This document shows, in pieces, positions 44,193 through 53,163 of a DNA stretch of 64,000 nucleotides (position 1 is its first letter; each line of letters begins with the position of its first letter). The notes under the pieces were generated by a model. That model saw nothing but the letters and a program-made list of their open reading frames with translations. It ran no database searches and had not been told where the DNA came from. The stretch covers positions 1 through 64,000 of the IMG/VR virus record IMGVR_UViG_3300046463_000548; one strand, 5' to 3'. The translations under genes were made by a program, and so were the position numbers. The DNA comes from a virus.

Positions 44193-46607
44193 TTGCTCGT
44201 TCAAATCACGAACGCGGGCGCAGCTTTGCTCGCAGCAAACTCAGGACCGATTGAACTGTCAACGTTCAAGCTGGGTTCTGCATACGGGTATATCCCGGAA
44301 TCAACAGACACGGATATTCACGGTACGCTCGTCAATACCGGTGCCCCTTCATCGTTCCAGGTGATTAACGCGAATGTCTTCAAATATTCCGTTTATCTGG
44401 ATTACGATCTTGGACCGTTTCAGTTTGGTGAGCTTGGACTCTTCACGACGGACGGTGTGCTGTTTGCGCTGGGTTCAAACTCGGTGCTCCTGAACAAGCA
44501 ACCCGAATCGGCGGGTGTGTTTTCGGGTAACTCGATTCGTCTCGATATCTATCTGTCGATTGTGGGTCAGAATTACGCGATGTGGTTGGACTATGCATCG
44601 TCATCCAACAATTTTCAGATGGCAGTCTTGCAATCAGTGGACAGCCTGCCGCCACCGCAGAGCGCAACGCCAAACGCCTACATCATCACGGGCGCGTCTT
44701 CGAGTCAGTCATCGTTTATGGCGTACACGTCGCAGACGGGACTCTGGAATTTCGACTGCTATCAGTACGCTAATCAGGCGGCTGCGACGGTCACGGCATT
44801 CACTCCCAATTCGATCACGATTTCGCAATCTCAGTATGTACCGGGAATGTCCCCAGCGTATCCGGGTGCGACGATCATCGAGTTTTCGAGCGGTGCGCTG
44901 TACGGGATTTGTCGCTACGTAGCGAACGTGACGTTGAGCGGCGGTAACGCAGTGCTCACGTTCGATACCCCGCTGATGCTGACACCGAAAGTAGGGGACA
45001 CGGTACTAGCGTTCGGGCGTCAGGCGCTGAGCACCACAATCCCTAACCTTCCGATTGCAACAACGTCATCGCTTGGTGCCGTGGTTGTTGGGGATACGCT
45101 GACGGTCACTTCAGGAGGTCTGCTGAACGTTAAGCCTACCTCTTATCCAGTGCTGTCGGTGAACGGTATGACGGGTGACGTTGTGCTGCAAGCCACCGAC
45201 ATTTCGGGCTTGGCGACTGTCGCAACGACCGGTTTGTATTCATCGCTTATCGGGACCCCGGCTCCGTACGCGTTGCCGGTCGCGACATCGTCAACGCTCG
45301 GAGGTGTGAAGGCTCCTTCAGATGGCAACCTGACGATTGGCCCCACCGGGATCATCGATCTTGGGTTCTCGCCCGTCAAGACTGTGAACGGCGGGTCTCC
45401 GGACGCGGCCGGAAATGTGGCGGTCGTGTTACCCGCTCCCGTGGGACTCGTTAACCCAACGGCCATTGATGCAGGCACCGACTTCAACACACTGAAAACG
45501 TGCGGCTTGTACTTCGGTCTGGATGCGAACGCTGCATCGTTTGTGAATGCGCCTTCGACAGCGGCGGGAGGCACGCTGGACATCGAGCCGTTCACAACAT
45601 CCGCAACTGGCGGTGACGTGATTCAGCGTTACCAGATGTCCAATGCGCTGTTTTTCCGGCGCTACACGCAAGCGTCAAACACGTGGTCAACCTGGACTCA
45701 GGTGTCAACGAGTTCTGCGCTTCCGATTGCGTCAGCTTCGACACTGGGTGGTGTCATGGTTGGGGCAGGACTGTCTGTTACAGGGGCGGGTGTGCTCTCG
45801 GCAAATGTTAAGAGCATCAACGGACAAACAGGAATCGTGGTGTTGGACGCGAGTTCAGTCGGTGCTCTTCCTTCAGATGTTGTGAACATTCCGGGCGGAG
45901 TGCCCTCGCTCGATATCAATACCGGGACTTCAAACCCCGATACCGACGCATACACGTATGGCCGGTTGCCGTTCTATCAGAACACCTTGGGCGACTGGTT
46001 CAATGCAGGGAAGTGGGATGCGTCAGCGAACCACGTGATCCAGTCACACACGGGCAACACGACAGCGGACACGAACACGTCACTGGTTTCCGGTGGACTG
46101 CAGACGATTGACATATCGTACAACGGCAAGGGTGTTACGGGTCTTTCCAATCCAGACTACGAGGCGGTCAACGCTGAGGGCATGGTCTATGAGGTGAGCG
46201 TCGCTGGAACCACAGCGCTGGATGGAATTAGCACGTGGAATGTGGGCGATTTGGCGGTGTGTATAAACGGCGCGTGGACTCGGATTCAGTCGGGCGCGGC
46301 TGCAAATTCGCTGACATCGAATAGCAGTTGGTATCGCACGAACCCGGACGGAACCTTGGAGATTGGTGGTCACCATGTAATGACGGCGGGTAGTACGACG
46401 ACGACTATAACGCTGCCTGTCACTATCGGTACCTATCTCAGCGGCTTGGTCACAGATATCGGCTCGGCCTGCTTCTCTGGAGGAATTGCGCCACTCAGTT
46501 CGACGCAAATCACGCTTTACGCACCTGCGTACTGGCTGGATAACACAGGGACTGCCGTTGCCCGTGGCGACTTCGATATGCAATGGCGCATCCTGGCTAA
46601 ACCTTAA
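44193..46607 (+). CDS. Tail fibre protein 2, paralogue of 40080..42608
   Basis: First ~330 aa clearly homologous (LGSAYGY.PE..DT.IHGTLV; YLDYDLGPF.FGE.GL); different C-terminus with knob-like domains; TTG start after AAGGGG. Confidence 0.85.
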   Translation: MLVQITNAGAALLAANSGPIELSTFKLGSAYGYIPESTDTDIHGTLVNTGAPSSFQVINANVFKYSVYLDYDLGPFQFGELGLFTTDGVLFALGSNSVLLNKQPESAGVFSGNSIRLDIYLSIVGQNYAMWLDYASSSNNFQMAVLQSVDSLPPPQSATPNAYIITGASSSQSSFMAYTSQTGLWNFDCYQYANQAAATVTAFTPNSITISQSQYVPGMSPAYPGATIIEFSSGALYGICRYVANVTLSGGNAVLTFDTPLMLTPKVGDTVLAFGRQALSTTIPNLPIATTSSLGAVVVGDTLTVTSGGLLNVKPTSYPVLSVNGMTGDVVLQATDISGLATVATTGLYSSLIGTPAPYALPVATSSTLGGVKAPSDGNLTIGPTGIIDLGFSPVKTVNGGSPDAAGNVAVVLPAPVGLVNPTAIDAGTDFNTLKTCGLYFGLDANAASFVNAPSTAAGGTLDIEPFTTSATGGDVIQRYQMSNALFFRRYTQASNTWSTWTQVSTSSALPIASASTLGGVMVGAGLSVTGAGVLSANVKSINGQTGIVVLDASSVGALPSDVVNIPGGVPSLDINTGTSNPDTDAYTYGRLPFYQNTLGDWFNAGKWDASANHVIQSHTGNTTADTNTSLVSGGLQTIDISYNGKGVTGLSNPDYEAVNAEGMVYEVSVAGTTALDGISTWNVGDLAVCINGAWTRIQSGAAANSLTSNSSWYRTNPDGTLEIGGHHVMTAGSTTTTITLPVTIGTYLSGLVTDIGSACFSGGIAPLSSTQITLYAPAYWLDNTGTAVARGDFDMQWRILAKP

Positions 46608-46625
46608 TTCAAAACGGGGATTGAG

Positions 46626-46994
46626 ATGAGCAGACTGAAGTTGATAGCGCTGTGGTTTCTGGTCACGCTGTTCATGCCACTGTTCAGTGTTGTCATGCTG
46701 ATCCAAGCGGTAGTCGGATCGCATAGCAGAGCCAAAAATATGGCGTTAGCTCAAGACGAATGTGGAAACTCGATGTTCGGGGGACCTTCAACACAGACGA
46801 TGTCCTCGCGAGTTGGGGACGGTCTGATAGAAGGTAAAAGATGGGCCAAGATCATCGCTCCTGTTATCGATTTTTTATTCGGAGCCGGACATTGTTTGTC
46901 GAACGTCGATCTTGCGGCCGGTCTACTGACTGAGGCACAGGTGTCGGAAGTAGATGCAGCAGATAAAGAGCAGGGACTCCCCGCTCAATACTAA
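46626..46994 (+). CDS. Membrane-anchored phage protein
   Basis: N-terminal hydrophobic helix; D..GN..FGG...T.SSRVG...W.....D..FG.GHC. Confidence 0.65.
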   Translation: MSRLKLIALWFLVTLFMPLFSVVMLIQAVVGSHSRAKNMALAQDECGNSMFGGPSTQTMSSRVGDGLIEGKRWAKIIAPVIDFLFGAGHCLSNVDLAAGLLTEAQVSEVDAADKEQGLPAQY

Positions 46995-46998
46995 AACG

Positions 46999-47037
46999 AA
47001 GGCCCCAAGCAATCCTCTGCTTGGGGCCTTTGTCTTT
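46999..47037. terminator. Bidirectional terminator
   Basis: AAGGCCCCAAGC...GCTTGGGGCCTT. Confidence 0.85.
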
Positions 47038-47950
47038 AACGAAAGAGTCCTTTGGTCTTCGGGTACATGACGCTGTGCAGATCGTGGTAAGGGCCGGGGA
47101 GTGAAATTACCGGCTTCTCCTTGTACAGCTTCCACTCATCTACGTCTGAGGGTGGTGCGCACGTATCCACAAGTTGCACGAGCTTGCGATTGCGGCGGAA
47201 TAGTTCGAGATTCTCTTGAATGAATCTGCGCTCCTTGCCGGTCGATTGCTTATACCAAGCCTGCAGCGTGCCGTGCTCTTCAAGCAGCTTCTTTGCAGTT
47301 ACAGGGCCGTAGCCCTTGATCGCAGGTATCGAGTCGCCCTTGTCGCCTATCAGCGTCTGGTAGTCCACCATCTGATCGACTCTGACGCCCTTGCGCGCTT
47401 CCGCGTCAGCCACCGTAATGAATCGCGGAGCCGCTTCTTTGGTTTGGGGGTCCTTGTACGAAGAGTCGTATAGCGAAACGTATTCGGTCAGGTACTGGTA
47501 TGCATCCTTGTCGGAGGTTCCGCAGATGACTCTGTATCTGTCTCCGTACTTGCGGGCTATCGAACACAGTACGTCGTCCGCTTCGTATTTCTTCGGTTGG
47601 TAGAAGCCCATACCGATTTGCGAGAACAGTTGGTAGATGGGATCAAGGAAATCGTACACGTCGAGTTCCGAGGCTGAACTGCGGTACCCATCGTCCACCG
47701 GTTCCGCGTGAGCCTTTCCGCTGCGTTCCCCCTTATATAGCGGATAAACCTTGTAGCGGAAAACGTCTGGGCCGTCGAACGCGCAGCACACGTAGTTTGC
47801 ACGTACCGCCAACGCGTCCTTGCAGATCATGCTCAACAGGCGGTAGGGAATGACTTCGGTCAACGGCCGGTTGGTCTTGGTCGTGAAGAAAATTCGGTGC
47901 AGATACCACGGACCGTCAGGGACAAAAATCGTCTCTCGTTTGCTTCTCAT
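47036..47950 (-). CDS. 5'-3' exonuclease / flap endonuclease (Pol I N-terminal, T4 RNase H-like)
   Basis: AFDG, FR...YP.YKG.R, EADDV, DKD, LIGD.GD.IP...G.G..TA..LL. Confidence 0.92.
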   Translation of the reverse strand: MRSKRETIFVPDGPWYLHRIFFTTKTNRPLTEVIPYRLLSMICKDALAVRANYVCCAFDGPDVFRYKVYPLYKGERSGKAHAEPVDDGYRSSASELDVYDFLDPIYQLFSQIGMGFYQPKKYEADDVLCSIARKYGDRYRVICGTSDKDAYQYLTEYVSLYDSSYKDPQTKEAAPRFITVADAEARKGVRVDQMVDYQTLIGDKGDSIPAIKGYGPVTAKKLLEEHGTLQAWYKQSTGKERRFIQENLELFRRNRKLVQLVDTCAPPSDVDEWKLYKEKPVISLPGPYHDLHSVMYPKTKGLFR

Positions 47951-48234
47951 TGCTCACCATGAAATGTGGATTCAACCACGATCTTGACGTGGGTGGTCGT
48001 CGCGTAGTCGGATTCGTCGGCTGTGTGGGCGTCGATAGCGCGCACCCGAAGATATGGATGAAACCTGGACTGGACCTCTGCCTGAAGCGCAGGGACCAGT
48101 TCTGCGTAGTCGTCGGCCGCGATGCCCGCTCCGCTCTGCTTCAGGAACGCGTGCATGAACAACAGAACTTCGCGTTCGTTTTCAACAATCGCACGTGATG
48201 CGCGCTGCGACGAAAGACCTAAAAGCTTCTGCAT
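47947..48234 (-). CDS. Hypothetical protein
   Basis: GGGGG RBS, ATGA overlap. Confidence 0.6.
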   Translation of the reverse strand: MQKLLGLSSQRASRAIVENEREVLLFMHAFLKQSGAGIAADDYAELVPALQAEVQSRFHPYLRVRAIDAHTADESDYATTTHVKIVVESTFHGEQ

Positions 48235-48253
48235 AGGTACACCCCCAATTCTT

Positions 48254-48261
48254 TATTTACT
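48254..48261 (-). promoter_or_regulatory. AGTAAATA motif upstream of exonuclease operon
   Basis: 20 nt upstream of 48234 start. Confidence 0.55.
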
Positions 48262-48336
48262 GCACACCGTGAAATTGCTGTGTGCAATGCATCGGGCATC
48301 AATTTCATCTCGGTAGTTCAGAAAAACGGAGCCTCT

Positions 48337-48744
48337 ATGCAGTTTGACCAAAAAGACCCATTTGGGTACCCGCTTGGCACCTATCTATGGGTGTTTGGGG
48401 TCGCGCTAATCGGGGGCGCAGTCAAGTACTTGAATCACAGTTCGAAATTCTCGTTCTATATCTTGTTTCGCGATCTTGTCACCGCGTGCTTCGCTGGGCT
48501 CTTGACCTTCTGGCTTTGCGAGTGGACCAACATCAACGGCCCGTTGTCCGCTGTGCTTATCTCGATAGCCGGATTGATGGGCACGCGTGCCTTGAGGGAA
48601 ATCGAAAATCTGTATCGGTTACGCATGGGTCTTCCTCCGGAATCTGACGAGGAACGGGAGCATCCCCAGAAGGTGGAAATTGACTTGAGGGTCAACGGGG
48701 GTGTTCAACAACGTCAAGGACGCACGGAGCACGAAGGGGATTAA
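48337..48744 (+). CDS. Holin, LydA-like
   Basis: KDP..Y...TY.W......GG.V.Y; three hydrophobic segments; FAGLLTF.LCE; GLMG.RAL. Confidence 0.8.
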   Translation: MQFDQKDPFGYPLGTYLWVFGVALIGGAVKYLNHSSKFSFYILFRDLVTACFAGLLTFWLCEWTNINGPLSAVLISIAGLMGTRALREIENLYRLRMGLPPESDEEREHPQKVEIDLRVNGGVQQRQGRTEHEGD

Positions 48745-48746
48745 AA

Positions 48747-49208
48747 GTGATTCTGACCAAAGAACATCTTTCGCTCAGGAGTATCCGGCGCGCTGCCGAT
48801 CATTTTCTGGCATTGTCCTCGCCGTTTGTCCTGGCAGCTTTAGTTGGTGTTGGGGGCGTGTGGTCGGTGGAACGTGCGCCCGCGCAGACCATTGTCGATA
48901 CGTCTACCTACTTCCAGGTTCGGGCGGGGCAGAGCCTGAACCTGGATGTCCCAGTGATCGTTCAGACGCAGGCACAGCGTGAGATGTATCGCACGTGGTT
49001 GACCGACGCGTCTGGGAACGTGGCCTACCGGTTCCCAGATCAAATGGTTCAGGACACAACGCGTCTGGACCTATCCAAACGACAGCTAACTGTTCCTACG
49101 TTCATCAAGAGCGGTGTGTACGTACTGCACGTAGAAGTGATCTATCCGTTCAATCCATTGAAGAACGGAACGATCCTGATGAGCGTTGCGACGCTGTACA
49201 TAGATTGA
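48747..49208 (+). CDS. Single-TM protein in lysis cassette (antiholin-like/unknown)
   Basis: One TM helix then Ig-like beta domain; between holin and endolysin. Confidence 0.55.
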   Translation: MILTKEHLSLRSIRRAADHFLALSSPFVLAALVGVGGVWSVERAPAQTIVDTSTYFQVRAGQSLNLDVPVIVQTQAQREMYRTWLTDASGNVAYRFPDQMVQDTTRLDLSKRQLTVPTFIKSGVYVLHVEVIYPFNPLKNGTILMSVATLYID

Positions 49209-49216
49209 GTATAGAA

Positions 49217-49909
49217 ATGTCTACACCATCGAGCTATTCCATAAAAGCGGCTCAGCTTTCCGCATTCTGTCCGGCACTTCCACAAGCAACAGTATCGATC
49301 CTTGTTGATTCGATTAACGCGGCAATGGCGCGCTTCCAGATTGATCAGAGTCCGCGCCGGGTGCGTTATTTCATGGCACAGACGTGTTTTGAAACGGCGA
49401 GATACACCTCGTTTTCAGAAAACCTGATGTACACAACGGCTCAGCGACTGGTTGCGGTTTGGCCTACGCGGTTCACACTGCAGGCTCCGCTTCAGCCGAG
49501 CGTTAGCTATGTCCAAACGGGCCTGGCCTACGCCCCGAACTACATAAACAACCCGGAAGCGTTAGCGAACCTCGTGTACGCGAATCGCATGGGTAACGGG
49601 AGTGTTGAGTCGGGTGACGGTTGGCTGTTTCATGGCCGGGGTGCCATCCAGCTAACCGGGCGTGCTGCGTATGCAGCTTATGACAAGGCGGTGTACGGCG
49701 ATGGCCGCATTCTTGCCAACCCGAATCTCGTATCAAACATCAAAGACGCAATGCTGTCCGCTGCGTGGTTCTGGAGTTCCAACGGACTCAATGCGCAGGC
49801 GGATGCCGATGCGTTCACGCGCGCCACGCAAATCATCAATGGTTCGACGGTCACTGTTGCTCAGCGACTTCCTGTCTTGAATCTCGCGAATTCGACATTC
49901 GTCTGGTGA
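49217..49909 (+). CDS. Glycoside hydrolase family 19 endolysin
   Basis: FMAQ..FET, ENL.Y, AN.VYANRMGNG...GDGW.F.GRG.IQLTGR, SAAWFW, T..ING. Confidence 0.92.
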   Translation: MSTPSSYSIKAAQLSAFCPALPQATVSILVDSINAAMARFQIDQSPRRVRYFMAQTCFETARYTSFSENLMYTTAQRLVAVWPTRFTLQAPLQPSVSYVQTGLAYAPNYINNPEALANLVYANRMGNGSVESGDGWLFHGRGAIQLTGRAAYAAYDKAVYGDGRILANPNLVSNIKDAMLSAAWFWSSNGLNAQADADAFTRATQIINGSTVTVAQRLPVLNLANSTFVW

Positions 49910-50024
49910 GGAACGCGCTTGATTTACCCAAGTTACTGGAATCGAGATGATTCACGACCACACGTCGGGGAGTAAGTAACTTGGTCTCTACCAAATAAAT
50001 ACTGGCGCGATAAGAGGCAACCTA

Positions 50025-51851
50025 ATGGAAAGCGTATTTTATTATCCAGTGACCCTGCACAGGGGCGCTGTAGCTACACCTGTAGTCGCGGCGTGGGCCC
50101 AGTCACTTCCTAACAGCAACGATATTCAGAGTTTGGTGCTGGTGCTGTCCAGTTCGGAGGGCACGCAAGAGCCTGGTATGTATCTGTGGGATGGATCGCG
50201 TTGGCGTCTGACTATCCCATACCAGAACGTGGCCTATGCCATCATCAACGGCGCGCAACTCGATCTGTATTTTAGTTTGTCCGCACCCGTGCAAACACCC
50301 GCGACGGGAACGGTTGATGTTTGGCGAAACGCCATTGAATTCCCGACCACTTCACTCGCAAGCGAAAACAATCTCGTGTGGGGTGTTTCCTACGTGCCCG
50401 CTGTGGGCGCGGGTGCGGGGACGGTAACGTCGGTCAACAACGTGGGTCCTGACGGTACCGGGAACGTCTCAATCGCAATCTCGAACATTCCGGGCCTGCA
50501 GGCAGCGCTCGCGAATGCTGGTTCGGTCAAGACGGTGGATGGTCAATCACCCGACGCGAACGGCAACATTGTCGTTAGAGCGCAGGATAACAACGCAGCA
50601 TCAGGCGTGTCGCTTATCGCTGATTCGGGTGCGACCACAGGCAACATAAAGCTAACACGCCTAGTAGCGGGTTCAGGTATCACGCTCGCAGCGGATGCTA
50701 ACGGCAACCTGAAGATCAACGGTTCGTCACAGGGCGTAACGCAAGTTACCTCTGAAGGCACGGGGACTTCGTTGATCGGAAATGACGGGACGACGGGTGG
50801 TATCGCCATTCTCAAGTCGCTAGCTGCCGGTTCGAACATCACGATCACACCAGATGCACAGAACCAGACGCTGACCATTACTGCGAATCAGACTATCACT
50901 CCAGCTACAACCTCAGCGCTTGGTGGCGTTATCGTCAAGGCCGGTTTGTCTGTGGATGGTTCGGGCAATCTGTCTTTGGCCGCACCTACGGGTGTGAATC
51001 TCGGTGGCGTGAAAGCTGGTACCGGTATTTCGATAGCAGCAGACGGCACAATCTCAGCTTCCGGCGCGGTGACTTCAGTATCTGGACAGACGGGTGCGGT
51101 TGTAGTCCAAGCATCGGACACGTCAACTGCTTCGGGTACCTCACTAATTAGTGACTCAGGTGCTACGACTGGAAACATCAAGATCAAGCGCGTTGTTGCA
51201 GGCTCCAACATTACGTTGGCGGCTGACGGTAATGGCAACCTGCGGATCAATTCGACGTTGACCTCTGCGGTGACCTCGTTTGCAACGGGCACGTCAGGTC
51301 AGTTGGTTGGTGACATCGTATTTGCTGCGGGTCAGGCGATTTCACTGTCGAACACGGGCAACACGATTCAAATCAACGGTACAGGCGTTCCTGAGGCTCC
51401 CAACGACGGCGGCCTATACGGTCGTCAGAACCAGGGGTGGACGGCGATTCCTGCCACTTCGAATCCGATTGTTGAGGTCAACGGGCAAACGGGTACGGGG
51501 GCTGTGTTGTTGGTTGAGGCATCGCCTCCAGCTAATACCGCTGTCATCAAATCGCTGGTCGCTGGTGCCAACGTCTCGATCACCGATAACTCCGGGCTCA
51601 TCACGATCACTGCGTCGATACCTGGAGGCACGGTCGCTACTGTCAACAGCAAAGGACCCGATGGTTCGGGCAACGTGACGCTTGCTGCCTCTGATGTGTC
51701 TGCGCTTCCTATCGTAGGCGGAACTATGGGCGGGGCCATCAACATGAACTCATTCAAGGTCACGGGGCTACCTACGCCAACTGTTGGGAGTGATGCCGTT
51801 CCTCTCTCGCTCATCACGGGATTGGTAATTGACGGCGGCGTGATTGGTTAA
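50025..51851 (+). CDS. Tail fibre-like protein 3
   Basis: Same shaft modules as fibre 1 (SGVSLI.DSGATTGNIKL..VAG); EAPNDG..YGR.N.GW. Confidence 0.8.
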   Translation: MESVFYYPVTLHRGAVATPVVAAWAQSLPNSNDIQSLVLVLSSSEGTQEPGMYLWDGSRWRLTIPYQNVAYAIINGAQLDLYFSLSAPVQTPATGTVDVWRNAIEFPTTSLASENNLVWGVSYVPAVGAGAGTVTSVNNVGPDGTGNVSIAISNIPGLQAALANAGSVKTVDGQSPDANGNIVVRAQDNNAASGVSLIADSGATTGNIKLTRLVAGSGITLAADANGNLKINGSSQGVTQVTSEGTGTSLIGNDGTTGGIAILKSLAAGSNITITPDAQNQTLTITANQTITPATTSALGGVIVKAGLSVDGSGNLSLAAPTGVNLGGVKAGTGISIAADGTISASGAVTSVSGQTGAVVVQASDTSTASGTSLISDSGATTGNIKIKRVVAGSNITLAADGNGNLRINSTLTSAVTSFATGTSGQLVGDIVFAAGQAISLSNTGNTIQINGTGVPEAPNDGGLYGRQNQGWTAIPATSNPIVEVNGQTGTGAVLLVEASPPANTAVIKSLVAGANVSITDNSGLITITASIPGGTVATVNSKGPDGSGNVTLAASDVSALPIVGGTMGGAINMNSFKVTGLPTPTVGSDAVPLSLITGLVIDGGVIG

Positions 51852-51866
51852 TGAGGGAAAAAGATA

Positions 51867-53141
51867 ATGAACGTTAATATTCCAGTCGCGCTCCCAAGGA
51901 TACTCACGGCGGGAGTAAAGCCGACAGCAGCGCAGCTTCTTCAGGGGCAATTGTCGATTAATCTGGTGGACCGCAAGCTGTTCACACTCGATAACACTGG
52001 GGCAATCCAACAGATCGGAGTGGCTTTATCGGACCTGTCTGCAGTCGCCGCCACGGGTAGCTATAACGACCTGAAAGACAAGCCAAACATCAGTGGATCG
52101 TATGTGCTGCCCGCTGCGACAGCTACTGTCTTGGGCGGTGTGTTGATCCCTACGGCGGCCGGGTTGTCAGTAGCCGCCAACGGGACACTTACCAATACGG
52201 GTGTGCTGTCCGTCAACTCGCGCACGGGAGCAATCACACTCACAGCTACTGACGTGGGACTGCCTACCGATCTTTTGTCGGGGCCTTCCACAACTGTGGC
52301 ATCGAAGTATCTACCGGCGTCGCTCGGTGGTGCGCTGACGTATCAGACGACGTGGAACGCATCAACGAACACACCTGCTCTCGCTTCGGGTGTTGGCACC
52401 AAGGGCTTCTACTACGTGGTGTCCGTGGCGGGTACCACCAATCTGAATGGGATAAGCACGTGGGGCGTAGGTGATTGGGCTATCTATGATGGCACAGCTT
52501 GGGGGCGCTTGGCTAACTCAAGCTCAGCCGTAGCGTCCGTCAATAGCAAGACGGGTGCGGTCACGCTTACCGCTGCGGACATTACAGGCTTCGCTGCGGT
52601 GGCAACGTCAGGCAACTACAACGACCTGTCGAATAAGCCAACGCCGTACTCGCTGCCCGTAGCGACTACCGCAGCAATCGGCGGTGTGATGCTGACAACC
52701 GCTGCACAGCAAGCGGGTAATTCCGCGACAGGCAAATTGGCGTCGGTTGCGACATCGGGCTCGTACAACGATCTTCTGAATCTGCCTGCAAATCCGAGCG
52801 TCGCGCGACTTCCGGTGAACGTGCAGGGAAATCCGAACGTCATCACCGAAGTGTTTTATGACTTCTCGCAAGCCTGCCAGTTTCCGCAAAACTTTGCGGG
52901 TTCGGTAATCACGGCGAAGCTCATATCAGGGACTACGGCCACCATTCGCATCATGCAATACAACACGGCCAATCCGTCAGGTGTGCAGGTGGGCACGATC
53001 AACGTCGATACGGTCAACGGCACGACGTTTAGTTCAGTGGGTTCCGTCACGTCCTACGCAATCGGGGATGAACTGTCATATCAGTTCGTGACTACGAACA
53101 TCTCGCGTTTCACCGTGACCCTTCAGGGCACGTGGCAGTAG
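51867..53141 (+). CDS. Tail fibre-like protein 4
   Basis: P....L..G.L.INL.DRKLF N-terminus; VATSGSYNDL repeats; WNASTNTP.L...G.YY.VS.AG domain. Confidence 0.8.
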   Translation: MNVNIPVALPRILTAGVKPTAAQLLQGQLSINLVDRKLFTLDNTGAIQQIGVALSDLSAVAATGSYNDLKDKPNISGSYVLPAATATVLGGVLIPTAAGLSVAANGTLTNTGVLSVNSRTGAITLTATDVGLPTDLLSGPSTTVASKYLPASLGGALTYQTTWNASTNTPALASGVGTKGFYYVVSVAGTTNLNGISTWGVGDWAIYDGTAWGRLANSSSAVASVNSKTGAVTLTAADITGFAAVATSGNYNDLSNKPTPYSLPVATTAAIGGVMLTTAAQQAGNSATGKLASVATSGSYNDLLNLPANPSVARLPVNVQGNPNVITEVFYDFSQACQFPQNFAGSVITAKLISGTTATIRIMQYNTANPSGVQVGTINVDTVNGTTFSSVGSVTSYAIGDELSYQFVTTNISRFTVTLQGTWQ

Positions 53142-53163
53142 TAATCGCCAAGGAGAATAAAAA

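Noticed and set aside
41000-51300. Tail-fibre repeats as DGR template/variable repeats or an invertible shufflon
   Set aside because: No reverse transcriptase or invertase in the window; differences are synonymous-type, not adenine-specific, and all copies are direct and in-frame.
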